A stretch of DNA of 64,000 nt from an uncultured Chlamydiae bacterium (GTDB lineage: Bacteria > Chlamydiota > Chlamydiia > Chlamydiales > Parachlamydiaceae), in NCBI GenBank assembly GCA_963754655.1, contig CAVWGN010000001.1, forward strand, positions 1,888,001-1,952,000. Direction: 5' to 3'. The stretch's first letter is position 1. Every line of letters starts with the position of its first letter. This document shows positions 34,318-42,879 of the stretch, piece by piece. The notes below the pieces were generated by a model. The model was not told the origin of the DNA. It worked only from the letters and a program-made list of their open reading frames with translations, and made no database searches. The position numbers were made by a program, and so were the translations under genes.

Positions 34318-35582
34318 TCTAGCTTTGAAAAGGACTCATCAAGCTTTTGAAAGGATTCTGCTGTAAGAAGCCGGCATCTCTCTAAGTCAAGCTCTTTTAA
34401 GTTTTTGGGGAGCTTGTCTAGGGAGGCTATGTCAGTAAATCCTAAATTAAGCTTTTCTAGCTTTGAAAAGGACTCATCAAGCTTTTGAAAGGATTCTGCT
34501 GTAAGATAATTGCAATAGCTTAAGTCAAGCTCTTTTAAGTTTTTGGGGAGCTTGTCTAGAGAGGCTATGTTAGTCGATTTTACATTAAGCTTTTCTAGCT
34601 TTGAAAAGGACTCATCAAGCTTTTGAAAGGCTTCTGCCGTAAGAGACCTGCATCCTTCTAAGTTAAGCTCTTTTAAGTTTTTGGGGAGCTTGTCTAGGGA
34701 GGCTATGTCAGTCGATCCTACATTAAGCTTTTCTAGCTTTGAAAAGGACTCATCAAGCTTTTGAAAGGACTCTGCTGTAAGAAGCCGGCATCTCTCTAAG
34801 TCAAGCTCTTTTAAGCTTTTGGGGAGCTTGTCTAGGGCTATGTCAGTCCCTCTTACATTAAGCTTTTCTAGCTTTGAAAAAGACTCATCAAGCTTTTGAA
34901 AGGATTCTGCTGTAAGAGAATGGCATGCCGTTAAGTTAAGTTCTTTTAAGTTTTTGGGGAGCTTTTCTAGGGAGGTTATGTCAGTCGATTCTACACTAAG
35001 CTTTTCTAGGTTTGAAAAAGATGATAAATCTAATTTCTCTATTGGAGTAGTGCCTGATAAAGTCAGAGATCGAAGATTGGGACAGGCTTGTTGTAATCTT
35101 CTGAGTTTTTCATTATCTAAGCTTGTAAAATCAGGAAGATCGAGTGTATTGATTTCTTCTCCAAATTGCAGGGCAGCCTCAAATGTTTGCTCAGGAGAAG
35201 GGTTACTATCTAACAACTCAAAAGCTATTACTTTTCCCATCATTTGCGAATAGATGTCCATTGAACCCGCTGCCTCAAGCAACTCAGGATAGCGAATATC
35301 ATGTGGAGAAGGATTGTCTAAATACTGCATGATTTGATTCCAAAGATTTTGATCTTCGGGTTGAATCTTAAGTTGTTGAAGTAAGTTTTTAACTTCCTGT
35401 GCAGTTTCTTGTGAAGGCAAAGAAAAGGCTGCTTGTCTTAAAAAATCTTGAATAATAAGATTAATTTTTTCTAAATTTTTCGTTTTATCTGAAGAAACCT
35501 TCTCACTATTATAAGTGTTGATTAATTCCTTAAAAGAAACTTCGATAGACGAAGGTAAATGGTAAGAATGAGTCGGATCCAT
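34281..35582 (-). CDS. LRR array copy 7, C-terminally truncated by deletion into the HD fragment
   Basis: Ends KLERSLYHYRRFTP, which is out-of-frame HD sequence. Confidence 0.8.
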   Translation of the reverse strand: MDPTHSYHLPSSIEVSFKELINTYNSEKVSSDKTKNLEKINLIIQDFLRQAAFSLPSQETAQEVKNLLQQLKIQPEDQNLWNQIMQYLDNPSPHDIRYPELLEAAGSMDIYSQMMGKVIAFELLDSNPSPEQTFEAALQFGEEINTLDLPDFTSLDNEKLRRLQQACPNLRSLTLSGTTPIEKLDLSSFSNLEKLSVESTDITSLEKLPKNLKELNLTACHSLTAESFQKLDESFSKLEKLNVRGTDIALDKLPKSLKELDLERCRLLTAESFQKLDESFSKLEKLNVGSTDIASLDKLPKNLKELNLEGCRSLTAEAFQKLDESFSKLEKLNVKSTNIASLDKLPKNLKELDLSYCNYLTAESFQKLDESFSKLEKLNLGFTDIASLDKLPKNLKELDLERCRLLTAESFQKLDESFSKLERSLYHYRRFTP

Positions 35583-35990
35583 ATTTTCTTCTTCCTTTTG
35601 ATTATGATTAAAAATTTAATACAATAATTAATAAATAATTTATTATGTTTACAAATGATATTATACAAACTATTTTAATTTTTAAGCGAGTATTAAAAAC
35701 ACTTTTTATTTAATTGACATTTGTATTAGATTTATTTTCAACTTGAGATTGATTTAATATCAAATGAATTTAGTAAAAAAATTTGATTTGATATTAAATC
35801 TATAGAAACAGTTTTTCCTTCAAAAAAATTTATCTAAATCGATCATAAAAATGAATAAAAACAAAAAATCCTGTCTTTTGTTGGCATGAAGATGATCCGA
35901 ATTGCCAGGGTGTTTTTACTAAACATATTTGACACTTGCAGCCCTTTAGGCTGCATGACACAACCCGCTCATAACCGAGGCGTTGTTCTA

Positions 35991-36150
35991 GTACTCCACC
36001 ACATTAGTTTTGTGTGTTTAGATTGCTTGAAAGCTCCCGCGGTTGAATTGACGTAAGTGGGTCAATATTAGCAATATGGACCCACTTACGCCAATTCAAC
36101 CCCGGGGCTTTGAAGCAATCTAAACACACAAAACTAATGTGGTGGAGTAC
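35991..36150. mobile_element. 160-bp near-perfect hairpin element inserted at CTAG
   Basis: ~78-bp arms GTACTCCACCACATTAGTTTTGTGTG..., 3-nt loop; no other MITE copy carries it (copies 2, 3, 4 and 6 read GTTCTAGTCTATTG here). Confidence 0.9.
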
Positions 36151-36152
36151 TA

Positions 36153-36991
36153 GGGAGCGTACCTAAAAGATTTAAAATAATAACTCTTATGATTTATAAT
36201 TTTCTGTGATAAAACAAGGGGGAAATTTGAATGAGTAGGATAGTATTAACTAATGAAAGATGGATAAAAATAAAACCTTTATTGCCAAAAGAACGAGGAT
36301 ATTGGGGCAGACCAAGTCGGCCTCATCGTAAGATTTTAGAAGGCATTATTTGGATTTTAAGAACAGGAGCCGCTTGGAGGGATCTACCACCCAAGTATGG
36401 TCCTTGGAGCACATGTTATAATCGCTTTAATCATGGACAAAGGCTGGAATCTGGCAAACGATTTGGCAAGCTTTAAAAGATGAAATTGACGAAGAAAATT
36501 ACTCTGTAGACAGCTCAATTGTTGAAGCGCATCAAGATGCTTGTAGGATAAAAAAAAAGCCGAAGAAGCCATGGGAAAATCAAGGGCCGGAACAACCACA
36601 AAAATTCATGCAGTAACAGATGGATTAGGTCGTTGTATTGATTTTATCTTGACAGAAGGCCAAGTACACGAGAGCACTCAAATGAAGCTTTTACTCAGTG
36701 GAAAAAATCCACAAAATGTTATAGCTGATAAAGCTTACGACTCAAATGAAATCAGAAATTTTATAGAAAAGATGGGAAGTCAAGCAGTCATACCCAGCAA
36801 AGTATCAAGAGCTGAACTAATTGAACATGATAAACATATCTACAGAGAGCGTTGCTTGGTAGAAAATTTTTTTCAGTTTATAAAACGATTTAGGCGTATT
36901 GGAATAAGATACGAAATGAAAGCTCAAAATTATGCAGGAATGTTGACGATCGCTTGTATTATACAATGGTTAATCTTTTAGGTACGCTCCC
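36153..36991 (+). mobile_element. IS5-family element, copy 3 (orfA frameshifted)
   Basis: Same TIRs, TA duplication, same 1-bp deletion as copy 2. Confidence 0.92.
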
Positions 36992-37214
36992 TAGTCTATT
37001 GCACTTACAGCCTTTCAGGCTGATAAAGAACCTCAGCTATAATATTAGACCACAAGTCTAAAAGTACAATAAGAAATTCCCTGCATTAGCCTGAAGGGCT
37101 TTAAGTGCAATAGACCAGGGCAACGCCCTGGGTATAAGTGGTTTGTGTCATACAGCCTGAAGGGCTGCAAGTGTCAAATATGTTTAGTAAAAACACCCTG
37201 ATTGAATTGCTTTT

Positions 37215-38063
37215 TTATTGAATTTCTTGAAAGAAATCTTTGATCTTTGCTTCACATTCTTCTTTTGACATATATCCTACAAGGCGGGAAACAACCTTTC
37301 CTTTATACATTAAGATAGTTGTCGGATAGGCTTTGACCTTTAAAAAGTTGACTAATAACGTCTCTTCATCAGCATCAATTTTAGCAAATTGGCATTCTTT
37401 CTTATATTTTTCATGTAATGTTTCAAAAATGGGAGCAAAATATCTACAAGGACGACACCAGTCTGCATAGACATCAATAATGAAGGCCTTGTCTGATTGT
37501 TCAACTTCTTCATGAAAATTATTTTTGGTTAATTGAAGAATTTCCAAAGCCTTGTTGGAACTCTCTCTTGAACTTTCATCGCCAATTTGAAGTTGATCCT
37601 GAGATTTGACCTCAGATACTTCAACGCTTTGTTGAATGATAGAATCCAATAAATCATCCATGACTTGCACATTCGCTTTGGTAATGGAAAAAGAGTGATC
37701 CATATACTTAATAAAAGCCTCATTTTCAAAGATTTGACGCAGCTGATGAATTTCTTCATCAGAGAAGGTGCCATAAGGTTGCATCAATTGTTGGCGCGCC
37801 TCTTTTGTGTGAATCGCCTGTCGTAAGCGTTTAACAACGAGCTCTAATGGTAATTTTTTTTGACTTTTATCAATTGCCTGTGCCGTATACATGGCTGCAA
37901 ACTTATCAAATGTCTGTTCTCTAAGAAAGCTTTGATCTAATATCATATTTAAATCTGCGTCGCGCGTTGTCGAAATTTTTGGTTTTTCAGCCTCTCGACC
38001 ATCTAAACCAATGTTCACTATTAAACTAAAACAAACCGCTAAAACATAGAAGCTGAATTTCAT
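37215..38063 (-). CDS. Exported thioredoxin-domain protein (intact parent of the fragments)
   Basis: Signal peptide MKFSFYVLAVCFSLIVNIG, helical N-domain, C-terminal Trx with WCRPC. Confidence 0.88.
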   Translation of the reverse strand: MKFSFYVLAVCFSLIVNIGLDGREAEKPKISTTRDADLNMILDQSFLREQTFDKFAAMYTAQAIDKSQKKLPLELVVKRLRQAIHTKEARQQLMQPYGTFSDEEIHQLRQIFENEAFIKYMDHSFSITKANVQVMDDLLDSIIQQSVEVSEVKSQDQLQIGDESSRESSNKALEILQLTKNNFHEEVEQSDKAFIIDVYADWCRPCRYFAPIFETLHEKYKKECQFAKIDADEETLLVNFLKVKAYPTTILMYKGKVVSRLVGYMSKEECEAKIKDFFQEIQ

Positions 38064-38265
38064 AAATCTTCCCCGTAATAATTAATAAAGTGAAAAGCCA
38101 TAATAAATTATGAAATATTTTAATATTTCTTTGCAACTTAAATGAATTTTTTAATTATTGCGAAAGAGCTATGAAATAATTTTAAATGAATTAGCATTTC
38201 AATTATAATCATCATAAAGTGAACGCAGGATTTAATTGTAAAACTTATTTAACTTTCTAGGATCG

Positions 38266-39351
38266 ATGAATACATTAAAGATTAAGCAACTTTATCTTAT
38301 GATCTTCTGTCTGTTTTTATTATCTGTTTTAGAGCTTCATTTCATCTCGTTGAGCGGAGCTCTTTTTGCTGCAGTTCTCCCTCCACACGTAGGTGAAAAT
38401 GGATCGACTGCGCCAAAGCTTTTATCAGTTTCACGCATTTGGGATCAGGCAGCGCACAATGCTTTTACAGATTTGATTGAGTATCAAGGCTCTTTCTTTT
38501 TGACCTTTCGTGAATCAAATGAACACGCAGAGGGTGAAGATGGTTCGATCCGCATTTTAACGAGCGAGGATGGAAAGACTTGGCGGCCAATCGCTTTTTT
38601 AAGCAAGGAAGGATTTGATTTGCGCGATCCTAAATTTTCCGTTATGCCGGATGGTCGATTAATGTTGACTTTAGGTGGATCGATTTATCGCCAAGAAGAA
38701 TACGTGACAACCCATCCTTTGGTTGCTTTCTCTCATAATGGAGTGGATTGGTCTGACATTGATCTTATCCAAATGCCTGGAAATTGGATTTGGAAAATGG
38801 CCTGGCATATAGGCATCGGCTATGGAGTCTCTTATCACCCTAAAGATCCCTTAAATATTAAAACTCCTTGGATCATTACTCTTCTTCAAACCAAGGATGG
38901 TCTCCACTATTCGCCTATAACGGATCTAGATGTTCCTAATCATCCAAGTGAAGTCACATTGCGCTTCTTACCTGATGGGACTATGATTGCCTTAGTGCGA
39001 CGCCAAGGAAATGGATGGATTGGCTCTTCGATGCCCCCTTATACAACATGGAAATGGTCCGATTCTGGTTCACGCCTTGGGGGCCCTGATTTTCTCATTC
39101 TATCTAATGGTGACATGTGGGCATCCTCTCGTCTCATTACTAAAGAAGCCGACAAAACACTGACTTATACTGCTTTAGGGCGAATGACATTGAGCTCTTA
39201 TCAACCAGAACTCGTATTGCCTAGTGGAGGAGACACAAGTTATCCAGGTATGGTTTACCGCCATGGCATTCTTTATCTTAGCTATTATTCTTCGCACGAG
39301 GGGAAAACAAGCATCTATTTTGCCCAAATTCAGTTAGCGAATATTCCATGA
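38266..39351 (+). CDS. Exported BNR/Asp-box (sialidase-like beta-propeller) protein
   Basis: HNAFTDL, SEDGKTW, SHNGVDW, TKDGLHY Asp-boxes; SGGDTSYPG. Confidence 0.75.
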   Translation: MNTLKIKQLYLMIFCLFLLSVLELHFISLSGALFAAVLPPHVGENGSTAPKLLSVSRIWDQAAHNAFTDLIEYQGSFFLTFRESNEHAEGEDGSIRILTSEDGKTWRPIAFLSKEGFDLRDPKFSVMPDGRLMLTLGGSIYRQEEYVTTHPLVAFSHNGVDWSDIDLIQMPGNWIWKMAWHIGIGYGVSYHPKDPLNIKTPWIITLLQTKDGLHYSPITDLDVPNHPSEVTLRFLPDGTMIALVRRQGNGWIGSSMPPYTTWKWSDSGSRLGGPDFLILSNGDMWASSRLITKEADKTLTYTALGRMTLSSYQPELVLPSGGDTSYPGMVYRHGILYLSYYSSHEGKTSIYFAQIQLANIP

Positions 39352-39459
39352 CTAAGGGACCTTGGCAGAATCCGGAATCGCGCTTGACAATCTATCCGGA
39401 TTTGATGCCATGCAAGCCAATCACATAAACTTAAGAACTGTTATCCTAAAAGAAGCATA

Positions 39460-39654
39460 TAGGCTCTTTCACGGTGATGGCTAGCACACCCCTATCATAA
39501 GTCTCAAAGACTACAACTATACAACCGTGACAAGAAAGCCCGGAGGGACATACGCATTAAGCTAAGAGATGAGCTTAGGCTAAGCGACGCGACGCATCAG
39601 TAGCTGCGCCGCTTCTTACTCGGGCTGGGATGAGAAAAAAAATATTTAACAACT
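39460..39654. repeat. Decayed arm of the 53.7-kb palindrome family plus a solo left end of the 14466 IS
   Basis: 39551-39626 resembles 53774-53845; 39622-39654 GGGCTGGGATGAGAAAA..AATATTTAACAACT matches 14465-14500. Confidence 0.7.
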
Positions 39655-39655
39655 G

Positions 39656-40795
39656 TCAAACTTCAAGACTTTTTAGCCTCAAAGAAGCAAGCGTTTGCAA
39701 CAAGGATAATGATGTCAAGTCCAGGTCCTGGCAGATCTTTAATTTAAGCTCTTTTACGCTTTTAGGGAGCATGTCTAGGGATGCTATATGAGTCAATCCT
39801 ACATTAAGCTTTTCTAGCTTTAAAAAAGAACCAAGCATTTGAAAGGATTCTGCTGTAAGAGCCGCGCATCCTTCTAAGTCAAGCTCTTTTAAGCTTTTGG
39901 GGAGCTTGTCTAGGGAGACTATCTTATTAAATTTCACAACAAGTTTTTCTAGCCTTGAAAAAGACTCATCAAGCTTTTGAAATGATTCTGCCGTAAGAGA
40001 ATAGCAATACGTTAAGTCAAGCTCTTTTAAGCTTTTGGGGAGCTTGTCTAGAGAGGCTATGTTAGTCAATCCTACATTAAGCTTTTCTAGCCTTGAAAAA
40101 GACTCATCAAGTTTTTGAAAGGATTCTGCTGTAAGAGAATGGCAATTCCATAAGTTAAGCTCTTTTAAGCTTTTGGGGAGCATATCTAGGGAGTCTATAT
40201 TAGCCGATTTTAAAGTAAGATTTTCTAGCTGTGAAAAAGAAGATAAATCTAATTCCTTTGAAGTGCTTGATAGAGTCAAGGATCGAAGATTGGGACATGC
40301 ATGTTGTAATCTTCTGAGTTGTTCATTATCTAATATTGTAAAAGTGGAGAGATCGAGTGTAGTGATTTCTTCTCTAAATTGCAGGGCAGCCTCAAATCTT
40401 TGCCCAGGAGTTGGGTTACTATCTAACAAGTGAAAAGCTAATAATTTTCCCATAATTTGTGAATAGGTCTCCATTGAATCTGCTGCCTTAAGCAGCTCAG
40501 GGTAGCGAATATAATGTGGAGAAGGATTGTCTAGGTACTGCATGATTTGATTCCAAAGATTTTGATCTTCTGGTTGAATCTTAAGTTGTTGAAGTAAGTT
40601 TTTAACTGCCTGTGCATTTTCTTCTGATTGCAAAAAAAAGGCTGCGTCTCTTAAAAAATCTTGAGTAATAAGATTAATTTTTTCTAAATTTTTCGTTTTA
40701 TCTGAAGGGACTTTCTCACTATTATAAGTGTTGATTAATTCCTGCAAATAAACATCCTTAGATGAATGTAAATGATAAGAATGACTCGAATCCAT
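39656..40795 (-). CDS. LRR protein, diverged paralog (copy 8)
   Basis: Homologous N-domain and 46-aa super-repeats; different C-terminus. Confidence 0.88.
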   Translation of the reverse strand: MDSSHSYHLHSSKDVYLQELINTYNSEKVPSDKTKNLEKINLITQDFLRDAAFFLQSEENAQAVKNLLQQLKIQPEDQNLWNQIMQYLDNPSPHYIRYPELLKAADSMETYSQIMGKLLAFHLLDSNPTPGQRFEAALQFREEITTLDLSTFTILDNEQLRRLQHACPNLRSLTLSSTSKELDLSSFSQLENLTLKSANIDSLDMLPKSLKELNLWNCHSLTAESFQKLDESFSRLEKLNVGLTNIASLDKLPKSLKELDLTYCYSLTAESFQKLDESFSRLEKLVVKFNKIVSLDKLPKSLKELDLEGCAALTAESFQMLGSFLKLEKLNVGLTHIASLDMLPKSVKELKLKICQDLDLTSLSLLQTLASLRLKSLEV

Positions 40796-41224
40796 ATTTT
40801 CTTTCCCCCTTTTTAGTTTTACTATGCACTAAAACCTGTCAGTAATTGAAATCCTATAAAGCAATACGCTGAGTATAATTCATCATACGTTCTACAATGA
40901 AGCCATATAAAATTTTGATTATAATACAAAATTTAATGTGATAATAAATAAAATAAATCTATAACATCTATAAAATTAATTATATAAATTATTTTATTTT
41001 AAATATATTAAATAACTATTTATTTAATGTGATTCATATTTATATTACATCTATTTTCACTCTACAGACAAGGTGTTTACTAAAAAGTTTATTATCTAAA
41101 TCGATAGGAAAATGAATTAAAAACAAAAAAAAATTTTCCTGTCTCTTATTAGCATTAAGATTATCAAATTGTGTTTTATTGAATTTCTTAAAAGAAATCT
41201 TTGATCTTTGCTTCAAGTTCTATG

Positions 41225-41375
41225 TGAGGGATTGTGAACCTACCGTTCGGTCGCACTCCAAGGCTCTGTCACGGTGAGGTTATGACCCTCCTCGCGAAGC
41301 GGCGCGGCGATTTTAAATGCGTCGCTTAGCTTGCTTTCTCTTTTAAATTGATAGATGCATTAGGGTGGCTAAGCA
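41225..41375. repeat. Decayed arm of the 53.7-kb palindrome family, inverted relative to 39551-39626
   Basis: ACCGTTCGGTCGCACTCCAAGGCTCTGTCACGGT and GCGAAGCGGCGCGGCGA match 53866-53898 and 54109-54125. Confidence 0.7.
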
Positions 41376-41421
41376 GCAAAATCTTTGACTTCGCTGGCGT
41401 AGGATAAGTGAATGAGTTAGC

Positions 41422-42879
41422 CTATTGAAACATTTGTTCTGTTTCTTTGGGGCCCCAGCTCCCCGCTAGATAATTAGGAAAGTTTAAAGGAGGCTGGGAT
41501 TTCCAGACATCTAAAATAGGTTGAATAATTTTCCAAGCCAATTCAACTTGATCGATGCGCATAAATAGAGTGGCATCATGATTAATGACATCCCAAAGCA
41601 AAGTTTCATAAGCTTTTTCTGAAGGCTTTTTAAAAGCTTGTTCATAATTAAACTTCATATTGACTTGAGCCAGTTTAAGATCATAACCGGGATGTTTGGC
41701 ATAAAATTGCAGAGTAATTTCTTCTTCAGGTTGAATGGATAAAACCAAGCACGCCGGTTGGTTGCTTAAAAAGCAACTCTGAGGAAAAGCACTATGCGGA
41801 ATATCACGAAAATAAATCACAATTTCAGATTTATGCTCTGTTAAGCGTTTCCCCGTGCGTAAATAAAAGGGAATCCCCTGCCAACGCCAATTCTCTACTT
41901 TCAATTTTAAAGCGACAAATGTTTCTGTATTTGATTGTGGAGAAACTTTATCTTCTGAACGATAGGCCATCACCTTTTGCCCATTGATTATTCCTTCATC
42001 ATATTGCCCTCTTATGACGTCATGGGCGATTTGCTCAGGTGTCAACGGTGAAATAGATTTCAAAACATCAGCCTTTTTATTGCGAACCTCATCCTCATTG
42101 AAAGAGATAATGGGCTCCATGGCGATTAGGCAAAGCAACTGCATAAGATGGTTTTGAACCATATCTCGCAACGCTCCCGCCCCTTCATAATACCCACCGC
42201 GATGCTCAATTCCTACTGTCTCAGCAGCTGTAATTGTCACATGATCAATATATCTGCGATTCCAAATGGGTTCAAACATGGGATTAGCAAATCGAAAGGC
42301 AATAAGATTGCGAACGGTATTTTTACCGAGGTAATGATCAATACGGAAAATTTGAGACTCTTTAAAACAACACAATAAGATTTTATTCAATGCGCAAGCT
42401 GACTCGAGATCATATCCAAAAGGTTTTTCAATCACAATGCGATCAAGCTCTTCGTTTTTCGTTAATCCAGCTTGATGCAAATATTGAGGAATGACAGGAA
42501 ATAATAGGGGAGGTGTTGCCAAATAAAAAATGTTTACAGTCTCTGTATGCCACTGTTGCTCATATTGCTTAATCCGGCTACTTAAGAGTTGATAAGTATT
42601 AGAATCTTTAAAATCTCCTTTTAAATAAGAAATATAGGGGGCAAACTCTTGCCAGGTTGTCTCATCGCTTTTTAAAGCAGAAAATTGTTGAACGCCTTGT
42701 TTATAGGAGAGAGCCAAATCTTCAGATTGAATATCTACTCGATCAATCCCAATGATGGCAAAATCTTTTGGAAGACAACCATTTAAATACAAAGTGAAAA
42801 GTGCAGGAATGACTTTGCGTTTAGCTAAGTCCCCTGATGCGCCAAATAAGGTAAAAACAGTCGATTTTACATGACTCAT
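41422..42879 (-). CDS. zwf: Glucose-6-phosphate 1-dehydrogenase
   Basis: GASGDLAKRK, EKPFG, RIDHYLGK, RDMVQNH. Confidence 0.97.
   Translation of the reverse strand: MSHVKSTVFTLFGASGDLAKRKVIPALFTLYLNGCLPKDFAIIGIDRVDIQSEDLALSYKQGVQQFSALKSDETTWQEFAPYISYLKGDFKDSNTYQLLSSRIKQYEQQWHTETVNIFYLATPPLLFPVIPQYLHQAGLTKNEELDRIVIEKPFGYDLESACALNKILLCCFKESQIFRIDHYLGKNTVRNLIAFRFANPMFEPIWNRRYIDHVTITAAETVGIEHRGGYYEGAGALRDMVQNHLMQLLCLIAMEPIISFNEDEVRNKKADVLKSISPLTPEQIAHDVIRGQYDEGIINGQKVMAYRSEDKVSPQSNTETFVALKLKVENWRWQGIPFYLRTGKRLTEHKSEIVIYFRDIPHSAFPQSCFLSNQPACLVLSIQPEEEITLQFYAKHPGYDLKLAQVNMKFNYEQAFKKPSEKAYETLLWDVINHDATLFMRIDQVELAWKIIQPILDVWKSQPPLNFPNYLAGSWGPKETEQMFQ

Larger units (their letters stand above)
35906..37200. 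mobile_element. Palindromic CAGGG-ended MITE, copy 7, with a nested hairpin element and IS5
   Basis: Halves at 35906-35990 and 36992-37200 rejoin to the standard element. Confidence 0.88.
4705..38063. repeat. Tandem array of seven [HD fragment - LRR gene - upstream region - palindromic MITE - thioredoxin fragment] units, bounded by the intact HD and thioredoxin genes
   Basis: Near-identical LRR 5' ends, ~320-bp upstream regions and MITEs recur at about 7.3, 18.4, 21.5, 25.2, 29.2, 32.7 and 35.6 kb. Confidence 0.95.

Noticed and set aside
5753..35582. Diversity-generating retroelement as the source of LRR variability
   Set aside because: No reverse transcriptase or template repeat in the window; the variation does not look adenine-restricted and includes indels and whole-module swaps.
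5753..35582. CRISPR-like repeat/spacer pattern in the LRR DNA
   Set aside because: The repeats are in-frame coding units with very short variable parts; no cas genes.
4705..38063. HD hydrolase + LRR + thioredoxin as a dedicated defence or toxin-antitoxin operon
   Set aside because: The HD and trx copies inside the array are broken passengers, and no toxin or synthetase is present.
6498..40433. Recurrent plus-strand ORFs MGSLSRE/D... (6498, 17768, 20908, 24543, 28572, 32079, 34954, 40173)
   Set aside because: Antisense shadows of the LRR genes; they recur only because the sense gene is duplicated.
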